A DNA stretch of 63,950 nucleotides, counting the filler, from Vicugna vicugna (taxonomy: Eukaryota), in the NCBI GenBank assembly GCA_013265495.1. It is 73 parts of 73 records of this genome, joined end to end, with 100 filler letters (N's around TTAATTAATTAA, not from the genome) between each part and the next. Parts side by side here need not be neighbours in the genome. Positions count along the whole stretch, not along the records: positions 48,646 to 49,543 come from PNXW01021440.1; positions 49,644 to 50,594 come from PNXW01021441.1; positions 50,695 to 51,712 come from MU061887.1; positions 51,813 to 53,180 come from MU061888.1; positions 53,281 to 53,799 come from PNXW01021448.1; positions 53,900 to 54,797 come from MU061890.1; positions 54,898 to 56,082 come from MU061891.1; positions 56,183 to 56,641 come from PNXW01021456.1; 65 more parts are not named here. One strand, given 5' to 3'. The notes under the pieces are model-generated. The model made no database searches and was not told the origin of the DNA. It worked only from the letters and a program-made list of their open reading frames with translations. The translations under genes and the position numbers were made by a program. Position 1 is the stretch's first letter, and every line of letters starts with the position of its first letter. Below, in pieces: positions 48,646-59,553 of this stretch.

Positions 48646-49543
48646 CCCCACGTCCAACACACACAGGAAGAAGTGTTCTGGGGTTCTGAGGGTTGGGCTG
48701 TTCCACCAACAGACAGCAGCACCTGGGATTTAATAGAATCCCTTAGCTTGACTTCCCTAAGTGTTTTCCTAGGCCTAGCAGTAAGCGATGGTGGGGGATG
48801 GGCTCTAAAGCCAAGTATAAACGAGTGCATCTCTGTTGGTAGTGGAGGGTTTTAAACTACTTCCCCAAACTTGAAACACCTGTGACCCAGAAAGATGCAT
48901 GGAATCTGTTTCCCCACTTCCAGCACACACACGGAGAGGTGCTCAGGTATCCTGATTGTGGGGAGGCTCCTCCAAATGACAGCTGCGCCTGGGTTCTAAA
49001 AGTATCCCTTAGCTTGTCTTCCCTGATGGCATGCCTAGGCTGGAGAGTGGGGGAAAGTGGGGGTTGGGCTCTAAACCAAGTATTAGCGAGAGCCTATCCA
49101 TGGGAAGTGGGATTTTAATCTACAACCCACAACCATGGAATACATGTGCCCCCTGAAAGATGCTTTGACTGTTTCCATACATCCAGCACACACGCGAAGA
49201 AGTTTTCTGGTATTCTGAGTGTGGGGAGGTTCCTCAAACTGACAGCAGCACCTGGTTTCTATTAGTATCCCTTAGCTTCTGTTCCCTGAGTGTTCTTTTA
49301 GGCCAGGCCATGAGGGAAAGCTGGGGGTTGGGCTTGGAGACCAAGTAGCAGTGAGTGCCCCCTGATCCATTGAGGAAGTACTTAGAGGACTTCTCCCTAA
49401 ACGGAACACCTTCTCCTCCAATCATCTGGGTGGAGTGGGGCTGCACAGCTCTCCCACACCTAAGAATTTGTTGTGGAATTGTTGTGGAATTCTGAGTTCA
49501 GGGAAGTTCCTCCAACTGAAAGCAGCGCCTGGGTTCTAATTGA
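48646..49543 (+). repeat. Satellite D higher-order array (four consecutive diverged monomers)
   Basis: gacagc.gc.cctggg-type landmark at about 48712, 48978, 49241 and 49518. Confidence 0.9.
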
Positions 49544-49685
49544 NNNNNNNNNNNNNNNNNNNNNNNNNNNNNNNNNNNNNNNNNNNNTTAATTAATTAAN
49601 NNNNNNNNNNNNNNNNNNNNNNNNNNNNNNNNNNNNNNNNNNNATTTTAGTGCTGTCACATTGATGATATTTATTTATTTCTGTA

Positions 49686-49775
49686 TTTTTTTTATTAATG
49701 GATGTCCTAGGGATTGAACCCAGGACCTTGTGCATGCTAAGCATGTGCTGTACCACTGAGCTATTTCCCTACCCC
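49686..49775 (-). mobile_element. tRNA-derived SINE, camelid Vic-1-like
   Basis: Minus strand GGGGTAGGGAAATAGCTCAGTGGTACAGCACATGCTTAGCATGCACAAGGTCCTGGGTTCAATCCCTAGGACATCCATTAATAAAAAAAA: Pol III A box (TAGCTCAGTGG), B box (GGTTCAATCCC) and A-tail. Confidence 0.82.
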
Positions 49776-49906
49776 AAAGATCTTAAGCCAACTGAATGTT
49801 TTGATTAGCAGTGTGTGTGTGTGGGGAAGGGGGTGGTGTCTTTGATTATTAAAAATGATGGAAGTAATTAGCCCTACCTTAATATTAGGTAGACATGATC
49901 TTTTAA

Positions 49907-50250
49907 AACACTAACCCTGAAAGTTTTGGGGTTTAGGGTTCTTTTTATACGATTAAAAATTATTGAGAATTCCAAAGAAATTTTAAGTGGTTTGTATATA
50001 TTGATGTTTAGTATATTAGAAAATAACACTGAAAGATGTAAAATACAAGCACACACAAACATTCCAGTAGCCATTAGAGCTGTGATGTTATCACATGTCA
50101 TGTATCTGGAAACCTCCACTGCACACTTAACGGAGAATGAGAATGAAAATAGCATTCAGTATTATTGTGAAAATAGTTTTGACCTCGTGGACTCCCTAGA
50201 TGGAGGGAACTTGGGGCTTCAGGGCTTCTCAGATGACACTTGAGAACTGC
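49907..50250. mobile_element. hAT-Charlie non-autonomous DNA transposon
   Basis: ttaaaaattattgagaattccaaagaaatttt...tattagaaaataacactga and agtattattgtgaaaatagttttgacctcgtggactccct...acacttgagaactgc match Charlie-family MER ends. Boundaries approximate. Confidence 0.72.
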
Positions 50251-50694
50251 GGTTTTAAACAGGGTTCATGGATGTGAAATGATAAAGGGGCCCTTGCGAT
50301 GAAATGGGCTTTAAAGTTCACTTCTACATTTCTTATCTTTTTCTCTTTAACTTGTCTTAAAAAGTTTAAATCTGACAACTTAATTCTTTTTAAAAAAAGG
50401 AAAACATTTTTGTTACATAATAAAAAAAGGAAAACATTTTTGTTACATATTTCCTGTCTCGTGGTACCCTGCACTCTTTGGATCTAGTTTGTACCTAGAC
50501 TTATCCTATTTTTATATGGAAAAAATTAGTCACTCAACGCTATCTATTTTTAAATAAATTTATGATGTTTATCCAAGCCTTAAGGAAAGAATTCNNNNNN
50601 NNNNNNNNNNNNNNNNNNNNNNNNNNNNNNNNNNNNNNTTAATTAATTAANNNNNNNNNNNNNNNNNNNNNNNNNNNNNNNNNNNNNNNNNNNN

Positions 50695-51712
50695 CTGGCA
50701 CAGAGACATTAGGAAAACCCTCAGTGAAGACGAGCTTAGTCTTTCCGTTTGAACCCACACTCTGCCGACCGTTGGTGGAAACTCCCCACGCTCAGGATTC
50801 CGGAACCATTGTCAGTGCGTGGGGGAGCTCGAGAGACAACTCCACGCAGCTCTCTTCAGTCACAGGTGTTCCCTGTTCGGGGAAGTCCGAGAAATAACTT
50901 CCCTGAGCTTGGGGAGGCAGCCTCTGTCACTGGGATATCCTGCAAACCCCCGTAGCATTCGCTGGCACAGAGACATTAGGAAAATCCTCAGGGGAGACGA
51001 GCTTAGGCTTTCCGTTCGAACCCACGGTTGCCGACCGTTGGTGGAACCTCCCCACGCTCAGGATAATGGAAGCATTGTCAGTGATTGGGGGATCTCGAGA
51101 GACAAATCCACGCAGCTCTCATCAGTCACAGGTGTTCCCTGTTCGGGGAAGTCCGAGAAATAACTTCCCTGAGCTTGGGGAGGCAGCCTCTGTCACTGGG
51201 ATATCCTGCATACCCCCCTAGCATTCCCTGGCACAGAGACATTNNNNNNNNNNNNNNNNNNNNNNNNNNNNNNNNNNNNNNNNNNNNNNNNNNNNNNNNN
51301 NNNNNNNNNNNNNNNNNNNNNNNNNNNNNNNNNNNNNNNNNNNNNNNNNNNNNNNNNNNNNNNNNNNNNNNNNNNNNNNNNNNNNNNNNNNNNNNNNNNN
51401 NNNNNNNNNNNNNNNNNNNNNNNNNNNNNNNNNNNNNNNNNNNNNNNNNNNNNNNNNNNNNNNNNNNNNNNNNNNNNNNNNNNNNNNNNNNNNNNNNNNN
51501 NNNNNCCTCAGGGGAGACGAGCTTAGGCTTTCCGTTAGAACCCACGCGCTGCCGACCGTTGGTGGAACCTCCCCACGCTCAGGATTCCGGAACCATTGTC
51601 AGTGCGTGGGGGAGCTCTAGAGACATCTCCACAAAGCTCTCATCAGTCACAGGTGTTCCCTGTTCGTGGAGTCCGAGAAATAACTTCCCTGACCTTGGGG
51701 AGGCAGCCTCTG
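50695..51712 (+). repeat. Satellite A array
   Basis: gacatt at 50705, 50972 and 51238 (267 and 266 bp). Confidence 0.95.
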
Positions 51713-51812
51713 NNNNNNNNNNNNNNNNNNNNNNNNNNNNNNNNNNNNNNNNNNNNTTAATTAATTAANNNNNNNNNNNNNNNNNNNNNNNNNNNNNNNN
51801 NNNNNNNNNNNN

Positions 51813-53180
51813 TCCACCAACGGTCGGCAGGGCGTGGGTTCTAACGGAATGCCTTAGGTCGTCTCCCCTGACGTTTTTCCGAATGTCTCTGTGCCAGGGA
51901 TGCTAGGGGTGATTGCAGGATATCCCAGTGCCCGAGGCTGCCTCCCCAAGTTCAGGGAAGGTATTTCTCGGGCTTCCCCGAACAGGGAACACCAGTGACT
52001 GAAGAGAGCTGCGTGGAGTTGTCTCTCGAGATCCCCCACGCACTGACAATGGTTCCGGAATCCTGAGCGTGGGGAGGTTCCACCAACGGTCGGCAGCGCG
52101 TGGGTTCTAACTGAATGCCTAAGCTCGTCTCCCCTGAGGGTTTTCCTAATGTCTCTGTGTCAGGGAATGCTAGGGGTGATTCTAGGATATACCAGTGTCA
52201 GAGGCTGCCTCCCCAAGGTCAGAGAATTTATTTATCGGACTTCCCTGAACAGGGAAAACCTGTGACTGAAGAGAGCTGCGTGGAGTTGTCTCTCGAGCTC
52301 CGCAACGCACTGACAATGTTTCCGGATTCCTGAGAGAGGAGAGGTTCCACCAACTGTCGGCAGCACGTGGGTTCTAACGGAATGCCTAAGCTCGTCTCCC
52401 CTGAGGGTTTTCCTAATGTCTCTGTGACAGGGAATGCTAGAGGTGATTGCAGGATATCCCAGTGNNNNNNNNNNNNNNNNNNNNNNNNNNNNNNNNNNNN
52501 NNNNNNNNNNNNNNNNNNNNNNNNNNNNNNNNNNNNNNNNNNNNNNNNNNNNNNNNNNNNNNNNNNNNNNNNNNNNNNNNNNNNNNNNNNNNNNNNNNNN
52601 NNNNNNNNNNNNNNNNNNNNNNNNNNNNNNNNNNNNNNNNNNNNNNNNNNNNNNNNNNNNNNNNNNNNNNNNNNNNNNNNNNNNNNNNNNNNNNNNNNNN
52701 NNNNNNNNNNNNNNNNNNNNNNNNNNNNNNNNNNNNNNNNNNNNNNNNNNNNNNNNNNNNNNNNNNNNNNNNNNNNNNNNNNNNNNNNNNNNNNNNNNNN
52801 NNNNNNNNNNNNNNNNNNNNNNNNNNNNNNNNNNNNNNNNNNNNNNNNNNNNNNNNNNNNNNNNNNNNNNNNNNNNNNNNNNNNNNNNNNNNNNNNNNNN
52901 NNNNNNNNNNNNNNNNNNNNNNNNNNNNNNNNNNNNNNNNNNNNNNNNNNNNNNNNNNNNNNNNNNNNNNNNNNNNNNNNNNNNNNNNNNNNNNNNNNNN
53001 NNNNNNNNNNNNNNNNNNNNNNNNNNNNNNNNNNNNNNNNNNNNNNNNNNNNNNNNNNNNNNNNNNNNNNNNNNNNNNNNNNNNNNNNNNNNNNNNNNNN
53101 NNNNNNNNNNNNNNNNNNNNNNNNNNNNNTGTGAATGCAGGATATCCCAGTGTCCGAGGCTTCCTCCCCAAGGTCAGGGA
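51813..53180 (-). repeat. Satellite A array (reverse)
   Basis: tccaccaac.gtcggcag repeats at about 267-bp spacing. Confidence 0.95.
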
Positions 53181-53280
53181 NNNNNNNNNNNNNNNNNNNN
53201 NNNNNNNNNNNNNNNNNNNNNNNNTTAATTAATTAANNNNNNNNNNNNNNNNNNNNNNNNNNNNNNNNNNNNNNNNNNNN

Positions 53281-53799
53281 ATTGCAAATAGATGTCAAAT
53301 TTTATCAAATGCTTTTTCTGCATCTTCTGAGATGATCATTTCGCTTTTGTCTTCTCTTTTGTTGATATGGTGTATCACAATTTATTGATGGATTTGCATA
53401 TGCTTAACCATCCTTGTTTTCCTGGGATGAACCTAACTTGACCATGGTGTCTGATCTTTTTTTTACATGATGTTGGATTCTCTTTGTTAATAATTTCTTA
53501 AGGACTTTTACATCTATGTTTATTAATGATAATGTCCTATATTTTTCTTTTTGAGGTAGTGCCTTTGTCTGGTTTTTTATCAGGTTGATGTTGGCCTTAT
53601 GGTGTGAGTTTTGGAGTACTCCCTCCATAGCAATCTTTTGGAAGAGTTTGAGGAGTTCTGGTATGGATATTTCTTTGTATTTTTGGTCGAATTCCACAGT
53701 GAAGCTATTTGTGTTTGAATTTTGTTTGCAGAACTTGCAGAGATTTTTTATTTCATTGATAATTCTATTCCATTTCTGGTGATCTGTGTGTTCAAATGG
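53281..53799 (-). mobile_element. Degenerate LINE-1 ORF2 reverse-transcriptase fragment
   Basis: LLKLFQKIAMEGVLQNSHHKANINLI...EKYRTLSLINIDVKVLKKLLTKRIQHHVKK; downstream MIISEDAEKAFDKI. Confidence 0.93.
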
Positions 53800-53899
53800 N
53801 NNNNNNNNNNNNNNNNNNNNNNNNNNNNNNNNNNNNNNNNNNNTTAATTAATTAANNNNNNNNNNNNNNNNNNNNNNNNNNNNNNNNNNNNNNNNNNNN

Positions 53900-54797
53900 C
53901 TATTAAAAGCCAGGTGCTGCTGTCTGTTGGAGGAACCTCCCCACTTTCAGAACACCAGAACACTTCTTCCTGTGTGTGCTGGAGGTTGGGAAACAGAGCA
54001 CATGCATTTTTCAGAGGGCACAGTTATTCCACGGTTGTGGGTTTTAGGTCAAACACCCACATCCCATGGATAGGCTCTCGATAATACTTGGTTTAGAGCC
54101 TAATCCTAACTTTCCCCCGCACACCGGCCTTTTCAATCCATCATGGAAGACAAGTTAAGGNNNNNNNNNNNNNNNNNNNNNNNNNNNNNNNNNNNNNNNN
54201 NNNNNNNNNNNNNNNNNNNNNNNNNNNNNNNNNNNNNNNNNNNNNNNNNNNNNNNNNNNNNNNNNNNNNNNNNNNNNNNNNNNNNNNNNNNNNNNTCCCA
54301 GGTTGGTAGTTAAACACTTCCACTGGTCATAGATGTGCACTCGTTATTACTTTGGTTTAGTGTCCAACCACACCTTCGCTCACAGCCCGGCCTATGGAAA
54401 CACTCAGGGAAGTCAAGCCAAGTGATTCTATTAGATCCCAGGTGCTGCTGTCAGTTGGAGGAGCCTCCCCACACTTAGGATAGCTGACGAGTTCTTCGTG
54501 TGTGTGCTGGAGGAGGGAAACAGTGTCCACGCATTTTTCTGGGGGCACAGGTTTTCCCAGGTTGGGGATGTAGTTAAACACTTCCACTGGTCATAGATGT
54601 GCACTCGTTATTACTTTGGTTTAGTGTCCAACCACACCTTCGCTCACAGCCCGGCCTATGGAAACACTCAGGGAAGTCAAGCCAAGTGATTCTATTAGAT
54701 CCCAGGTGCTGCTGTCAGTTGGAGGAGCCTCCCCACACTTAGGATAGCTGACGAGTTCTTCGTGTGTGTGCTGGAGTTGGGGAAACAGATCTACACA
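53900..54797 (-). repeat. Satellite D array (reverse) with two identical adjacent monomer segments
   Basis: Reverse complement of D monomers; 54306-54512 recurs 263 bp later. Confidence 0.88.
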
Positions 54798-54897
54798 NNN
54801 NNNNNNNNNNNNNNNNNNNNNNNNNNNNNNNNNNNNNNNNNTTAATTAATTAANNNNNNNNNNNNNNNNNNNNNNNNNNNNNNNNNNNNNNNNNNNN

Positions 54898-56082
54898 GTC
54901 TAAAGACGAGCCAAATAATTTCAGAAAACTCAATGGATGAGAAAATATCAGGGCTAAAATTCAGTCCTAACCAGACTAGATAATGCAGAGGGAAGCGTGA
55001 ATGACTGTGAACACAGGGGAACAGAAATCCCTCGGTCAGAAGCAGACATAGAAAAGCAAGTGCAAACCAATGAAAACATTGCTGTTGAATCGTGGGGTAA
55101 GACAAGGCATGAAAAACTATGATTCATAAGTTTCCCAGATGGAAAAGCAAGAGAAAAAGAAACAAAAAATGTCTAAAATATATCTGTTGGAAAATCAGAC
55201 CGAAACTTGCTGAAAGCCAAGGAAGAATCATCTATTCGTATTCAGGAAGTACACAGTGTCCAATGGAGGTGGAATCCCAATAGACCTACCAGCAGCTGTA
55301 TGATTCAAATNNNNNNNNNNNNNNNNNNNNNNNNNNNNNNNNNNNNNNNNNNNNNNNNNNNNNNNNNNNNNNNNNNNNNNNNNNNNNNNNNNNNNNNNNN
55401 NNNNNNNNNNNNNNNNNNNNNNNNNNNNNNNNNNNNNNNNNNNNNNNNNNNNNNNNNNNNNNNNNNNNNNNNNNNNNNNNNNNNNNNNNNNNNNNNNNNN
55501 NNNNNNNNNNNNNNNNNNNNNNNNNNNNNNNNNNNNNNNNNNNNNNNNNNNNNNNNNNNNNNNNNNNNNNNNNNNNNNNNNNNNNNNNNNNNNNNNNNNN
55601 NNNNNNNNNNNNNNNNNNNNNNNNNNNNNNNNNNNNNNNNNNNNNNNNNNNNNNNNNNNNNNNNNNNNNNNNNNNNNNNAAGATGAAATGGAAAGAAGAA
55701 AACCATTATTGGAAATGCAAGAAGAGCATGAGTGGCAAAGAAGAAACAAGAAGAATGCAAGGAGGACATCAAAACCCTAAAGATGGGAGAGGGAAGCAGG
55801 AAATCATTGGTGATTGGAAGCACTCTCTTATGTGAATCAGCTTATATGACTCTCTGAAGCGAACGGAGAAATTCATGACCTGATGTGTTTGTAAAACTAA
55901 TGGGATGTAGACCAACAAAAAAATCAAACCAACAAACAAGCACCAACAGTGTATGGTTGGCTGACATATAAAAAGGGAACCATGATTATTCAAAAGTAAA
56001 TACTCAAGGTGATATCAAGGATCATTCAACACGCATTGACCCAGTATCGCGGCTGGCATGTACTCAGCACACTTGTATTCGG
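54898..56082 (+). repeat. Multi-copy block G (copy 4): degenerate L1 ORF1 and inter-ORF region
   Basis: 54901-55310 is colinear with 14620-15030; 55680-55940 resembles an L1 inter-ORF spacer (gacatcaaaaccctaaagatgggagagggaag...agcttatatgact). Confidence 0.85.
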
Positions 56083-56182
56083 NNNNNNNNNNNNNNNNNN
56101 NNNNNNNNNNNNNNNNNNNNNNNNNNTTAATTAATTAANNNNNNNNNNNNNNNNNNNNNNNNNNNNNNNNNNNNNNNNNNNN

Positions 56183-56641
56183 TATATTCTATATTCTGTG
56201 TTCCTCACACTATATTCTAAGTTCTATTTTCAGTATTCTGTATTCAATATTCTAAATAATGTGTACTGCATTCCATGTTCTAAATTCTATATTCAGTATT
56301 CTGTACTCTATATTCTAAAATCTGTGTTCCGCATTCCACATTCTAAATTCTATATGCACTATTCTGTATCCTATATTCTAAATACTGTGTTCTGCATTCC
56401 ATGTTCTAAATTCTGTTTTCAGTATTCTTTTTCCATATTCTATAATCTGTTTTCTACATTCTAATCTACATTCTGTATTCTATATCTGCATTTCGTATTC
56501 TACATTCTATATTCTGTGTTCTACATACTATATTCTAAATTCTATATTTAGTATTCCGTATGCTATATTTTAATTCTGTGTTCTGCATTCCTTCTCCTAA
56601 TTTCTGGGTTCTATAATCTATAATCTATATTCTATATTCTG
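56183..56641 (-). repeat. Satellite E (reverse)
   Basis: gcattcca...tctaaattct at about 56268, 56331 and 56394 (63-bp period). Confidence 0.93.
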
Positions 56642-56741
56642 NNNNNNNNNNNNNNNNNNNNNNNNNNNNNNNNNNNNNNNNNNNNTTAATTAATTAANNN
56701 NNNNNNNNNNNNNNNNNNNNNNNNNNNNNNNNNNNNNNNNN

Positions 56742-56761
56742 CACACACACACACACACACA
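56742..56761 (+). repeat. (CA)n microsatellite at scaffold start
   Basis: Pure CA run. Confidence 0.9.
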
Positions 56762-57702
56762 GAATCATGTATCACACACGTCCTCAGTTGCGTGCATGCG
56801 CACACACACGTCTAACACGCTTTGGCGTTATTCTAAATCAATTTACAATTGAAGGTCACAGTGTCCATTGTTTTATCCACTTAGAAGATCCTGACTTTGG
56901 AGAGTGAAGCAGGAACCCCTTCTCTCTGGAGATGGTCTTTACCATTTACAGTCTCAGTAGAGCCATAACTGCTCTGGACCTTTGGAAGTGCGGGGCCAGA
57001 GCATACCTGGGAGCTCACATCCTATACATGTAAACATGTTAAGTGCAGTAGGTTCTAAAGTCCTGCCTTTACAAATATACATTCATTATAAGGGGGAAGG
57101 CCAGGTTCAAATTTAGAATTCCCAGACANNNNNNNNNNNNNNNNNNNNNNNNNNNNNNNNNNNNNNNNNNNNNNNNNNNNNNNNNNNNNNNNNNNNNNNN
57201 NNNNNNNNNNNNNNNNNNNNNNNNNNNNNNNNNNNNNNNNNNNNNNNNNNNNNNNNNNNNNNNNNNNNNNNNNNNNNNNNNNNNNNNNNNNNNNNNNNNN
57301 NNNNNNNNNNNNNNNNNNNNNNNNNNNNNNNNNNNNNNNNGTGCAGGCACTAGAAATGGGTCAGGGGCTGCTGAGGCAGGGCATTTTTGTTCCTGGGTTT
57401 CTAGAGCATGGGATGGAGCCAATGACCATGTCCCATTGGCCCTGCTGACTCCACCTCGTGGAGGGTGTGGCCAGAGGAAGTGTCAGGGCCGGAGGGACCC
57501 TCTGTAGTGCAGGACTCAGGGCAGCGGGCCCCCTTGCCTTGGTCTAAGGGCAGAAGACCTAAGAAAAGGCCTGAGAAGGCTGTAAGGTATCTTCATCCCC
57601 ATNNNNNNNNNNNNNNNNNNNNNNNNNNNNNNNNNNNNNNNNNNNNTTAATTAATTAANNNNNNNNNNNNNNNNNNNNNNNNNNNNNNNNNNNNNNNNNN
57701 NN

Positions 57703-58589
57703 TCAATATTCTATATTCTGTGTTCTACATTCTATAATCTGTATACTATATTCTGTATTCCATTTTCTATATTCTATATTCTGTGTTCTACATTCTACAT
57801 TCGAAATTTTATATTAAGTATTCTGTATTCTATATTCTAAGTTCTGTGTTCTGCATTCCGTGTTCTATGTTCTGTGTTCTATATTCACTATTCTATATTC
57901 TATATTTTTGTTTTTCATTCTGTATTCTACATACTGTATTCTGCATTTCTTATTCTATATTCTTTATTCTGTGTTCTACATTCTATATTCTAAAATATTT
58001 ATTCTGTATTCTGTATTCTGTATTCTATATTTTATGTTCTGCATTCCAATTCTAAATTCTGGGTTCTATATTCTTATTTTATATTCTATATTTTGTGTTC
58101 TTCATTCTTTATTCTACCTTCTATATTCTCCATTCAGTAGTCTATAATCTATATTCTGTGTTATTCTATATATATTCTCAAATCTATATTCAGTATTCTT
58201 TATTCTATTTTCTATATTCTGTGTTCTGCATTCCTTTTTATAAATTCTATATACAGTATTCTGCATTCTATATTCTTAATTCTGTGTACTGCATTCTAAT
58301 TTCTAAATTCTATATTCAGTATTCTGTATATCAGTATTCTGTATACTATATTCTAAATTCTGTGTTTTGAATTCCATGTTCTAAATTCTGGGTTATGTAT
58401 TCTGTTTTCCCTTGTCTATATTCTGTATTCTACTATCTATATTATGTATTCTATATTCTGCTTTCCGTATTCTACATACCATATTCTGTGTTCTACATTC
58501 TATATTCTAAATTCTGTATGTACTATTCTGTATTCTACATTCTTAATTCTGTGTTCTGCATTCCATATTCTAAATTGTGGGTTCTATAT
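57703..58589 (-). repeat. Satellite E (reverse)
   Basis: TTCTATA/TTCTGTA/TTCTGTG heptamer units throughout. Confidence 0.93.
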
Positions 58590-58689
58590 NNNNNNNNNNN
58601 NNNNNNNNNNNNNNNNNNNNNNNNNNNNNNNNNTTAATTAATTAANNNNNNNNNNNNNNNNNNNNNNNNNNNNNNNNNNNNNNNNNNNN

Positions 58690-59553
58690 GCGCCCCAGGC
58701 CAGGCCCCTGCGGCCACTGGCCCAAACCGCTCCCTAGACCTGGCCCCCGCGACCTCTGGCCCAAACCACTCTCCAAACCAGCTCACCGCGAATACTGGCC
58801 CAAACTGCTCCCCAGACCAGGCCCCCGCGACCACTGGCCCAAACNNNNNNNNNNNNNNNNNNNNNNNNNNNNNNNNNNNNNNNNNNNNNNNNNNNNNNNN
58901 NNNNNNNNNNNNNNNNNNNNNNNNNNNNNNNNNNNNNNNNNNNNNNNNNNNNNNNNNNNNNNNNNNNNNNNNNNNNNNNNNNNNNNNNNNNNNNNNNNNN
59001 NNNNNNNNNNNNNNNNNNNNNNNNNNNNNNNNNNNNNNNNNNNNNNNNNNNNNNNNNNNNNNNNNNNNNNNNNNNNNNNNNNNNNNNNNNNNNNNNNNNN
59101 NNNNNNNNNNNNNNNNNNNNNNNNNNNNNNNNNNNNNNNNNNNNNNNNNNNNNNNNNNNNNNNNNNNNNNNNNNNNNNNNNNNNNNNNNNNNNNNNNNNN
59201 NNNNNNNNNNNNNNNNNNNNNNNNNNNNNNNNNNNNNNNNNNNNNNNNNNNNNNNNNNNNNNNNNNNNNNNNNNNNNNNNNNNNNNNNNGACCACTGGCC
59301 CAAACTGCTCCCCAGACCAGGCCCCCACGACCACTGGCCCAAACCGCTCCCCAGAAGAGGCCCCCGCGACCACTGACTCAAAACGGTCCCCAGGACAGGC
59401 CCCCGCGACCACTGGCCCAAATCGCGCTCCAGGCCCAGGCCACCGCGACCACTGACCCAAACCGCTCCCCAGGCCAGGCCCCCGAGACCACTGGCCAAAA
59501 CCTCTCCACAGACCAGGCCCCCGTGACAACTGGCCCAAACCAGGACCCCGTGA
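58690..59553 (+). repeat. 39-bp GC-rich minisatellite
   Basis: Consensus GACCACTGGCCCAAACCGCTCCCCAGACCAGGCCCCCGC; units start at 59290, 59329 and 59368. Confidence 0.95.

Noticed and set aside
49700..49775. tRNA gene
   Set aside because: No pairing acceptor stem, and it runs into an A-tail: a tRNA-derived SINE.
50391..50448. 30-bp tandem duplication (taaaaaaaggaaaacatttttgttacat x2)
   Set aside because: Ordinary local slippage or assembly duplication with no further structure.
50876..50892. CENP-B-box-like motif TTCGGGGAAGTCCGAG in satellite A
   Set aside because: The canonical core is TTCG-N4-A-N2-CGGG. Here the spacing is one base too long and the end is CGAG, so it fails the essential positions.
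57783..58637. Hydrophobic Y/S/I/L/F-rich ORFs suggesting membrane proteins (also 8355-9267, 37443-37688, 56198-56464)
   Set aside because: Translations of the heptamer satellite, which give similar peptides in all frames.
58734..59538. Gly-rich repetitive ORFs (GPGLGSGLGQWSR)n
   Set aside because: A by-product of a 39-bp (13-codon) GC-rich unit. Two frames are open alike, and there is no gene context.
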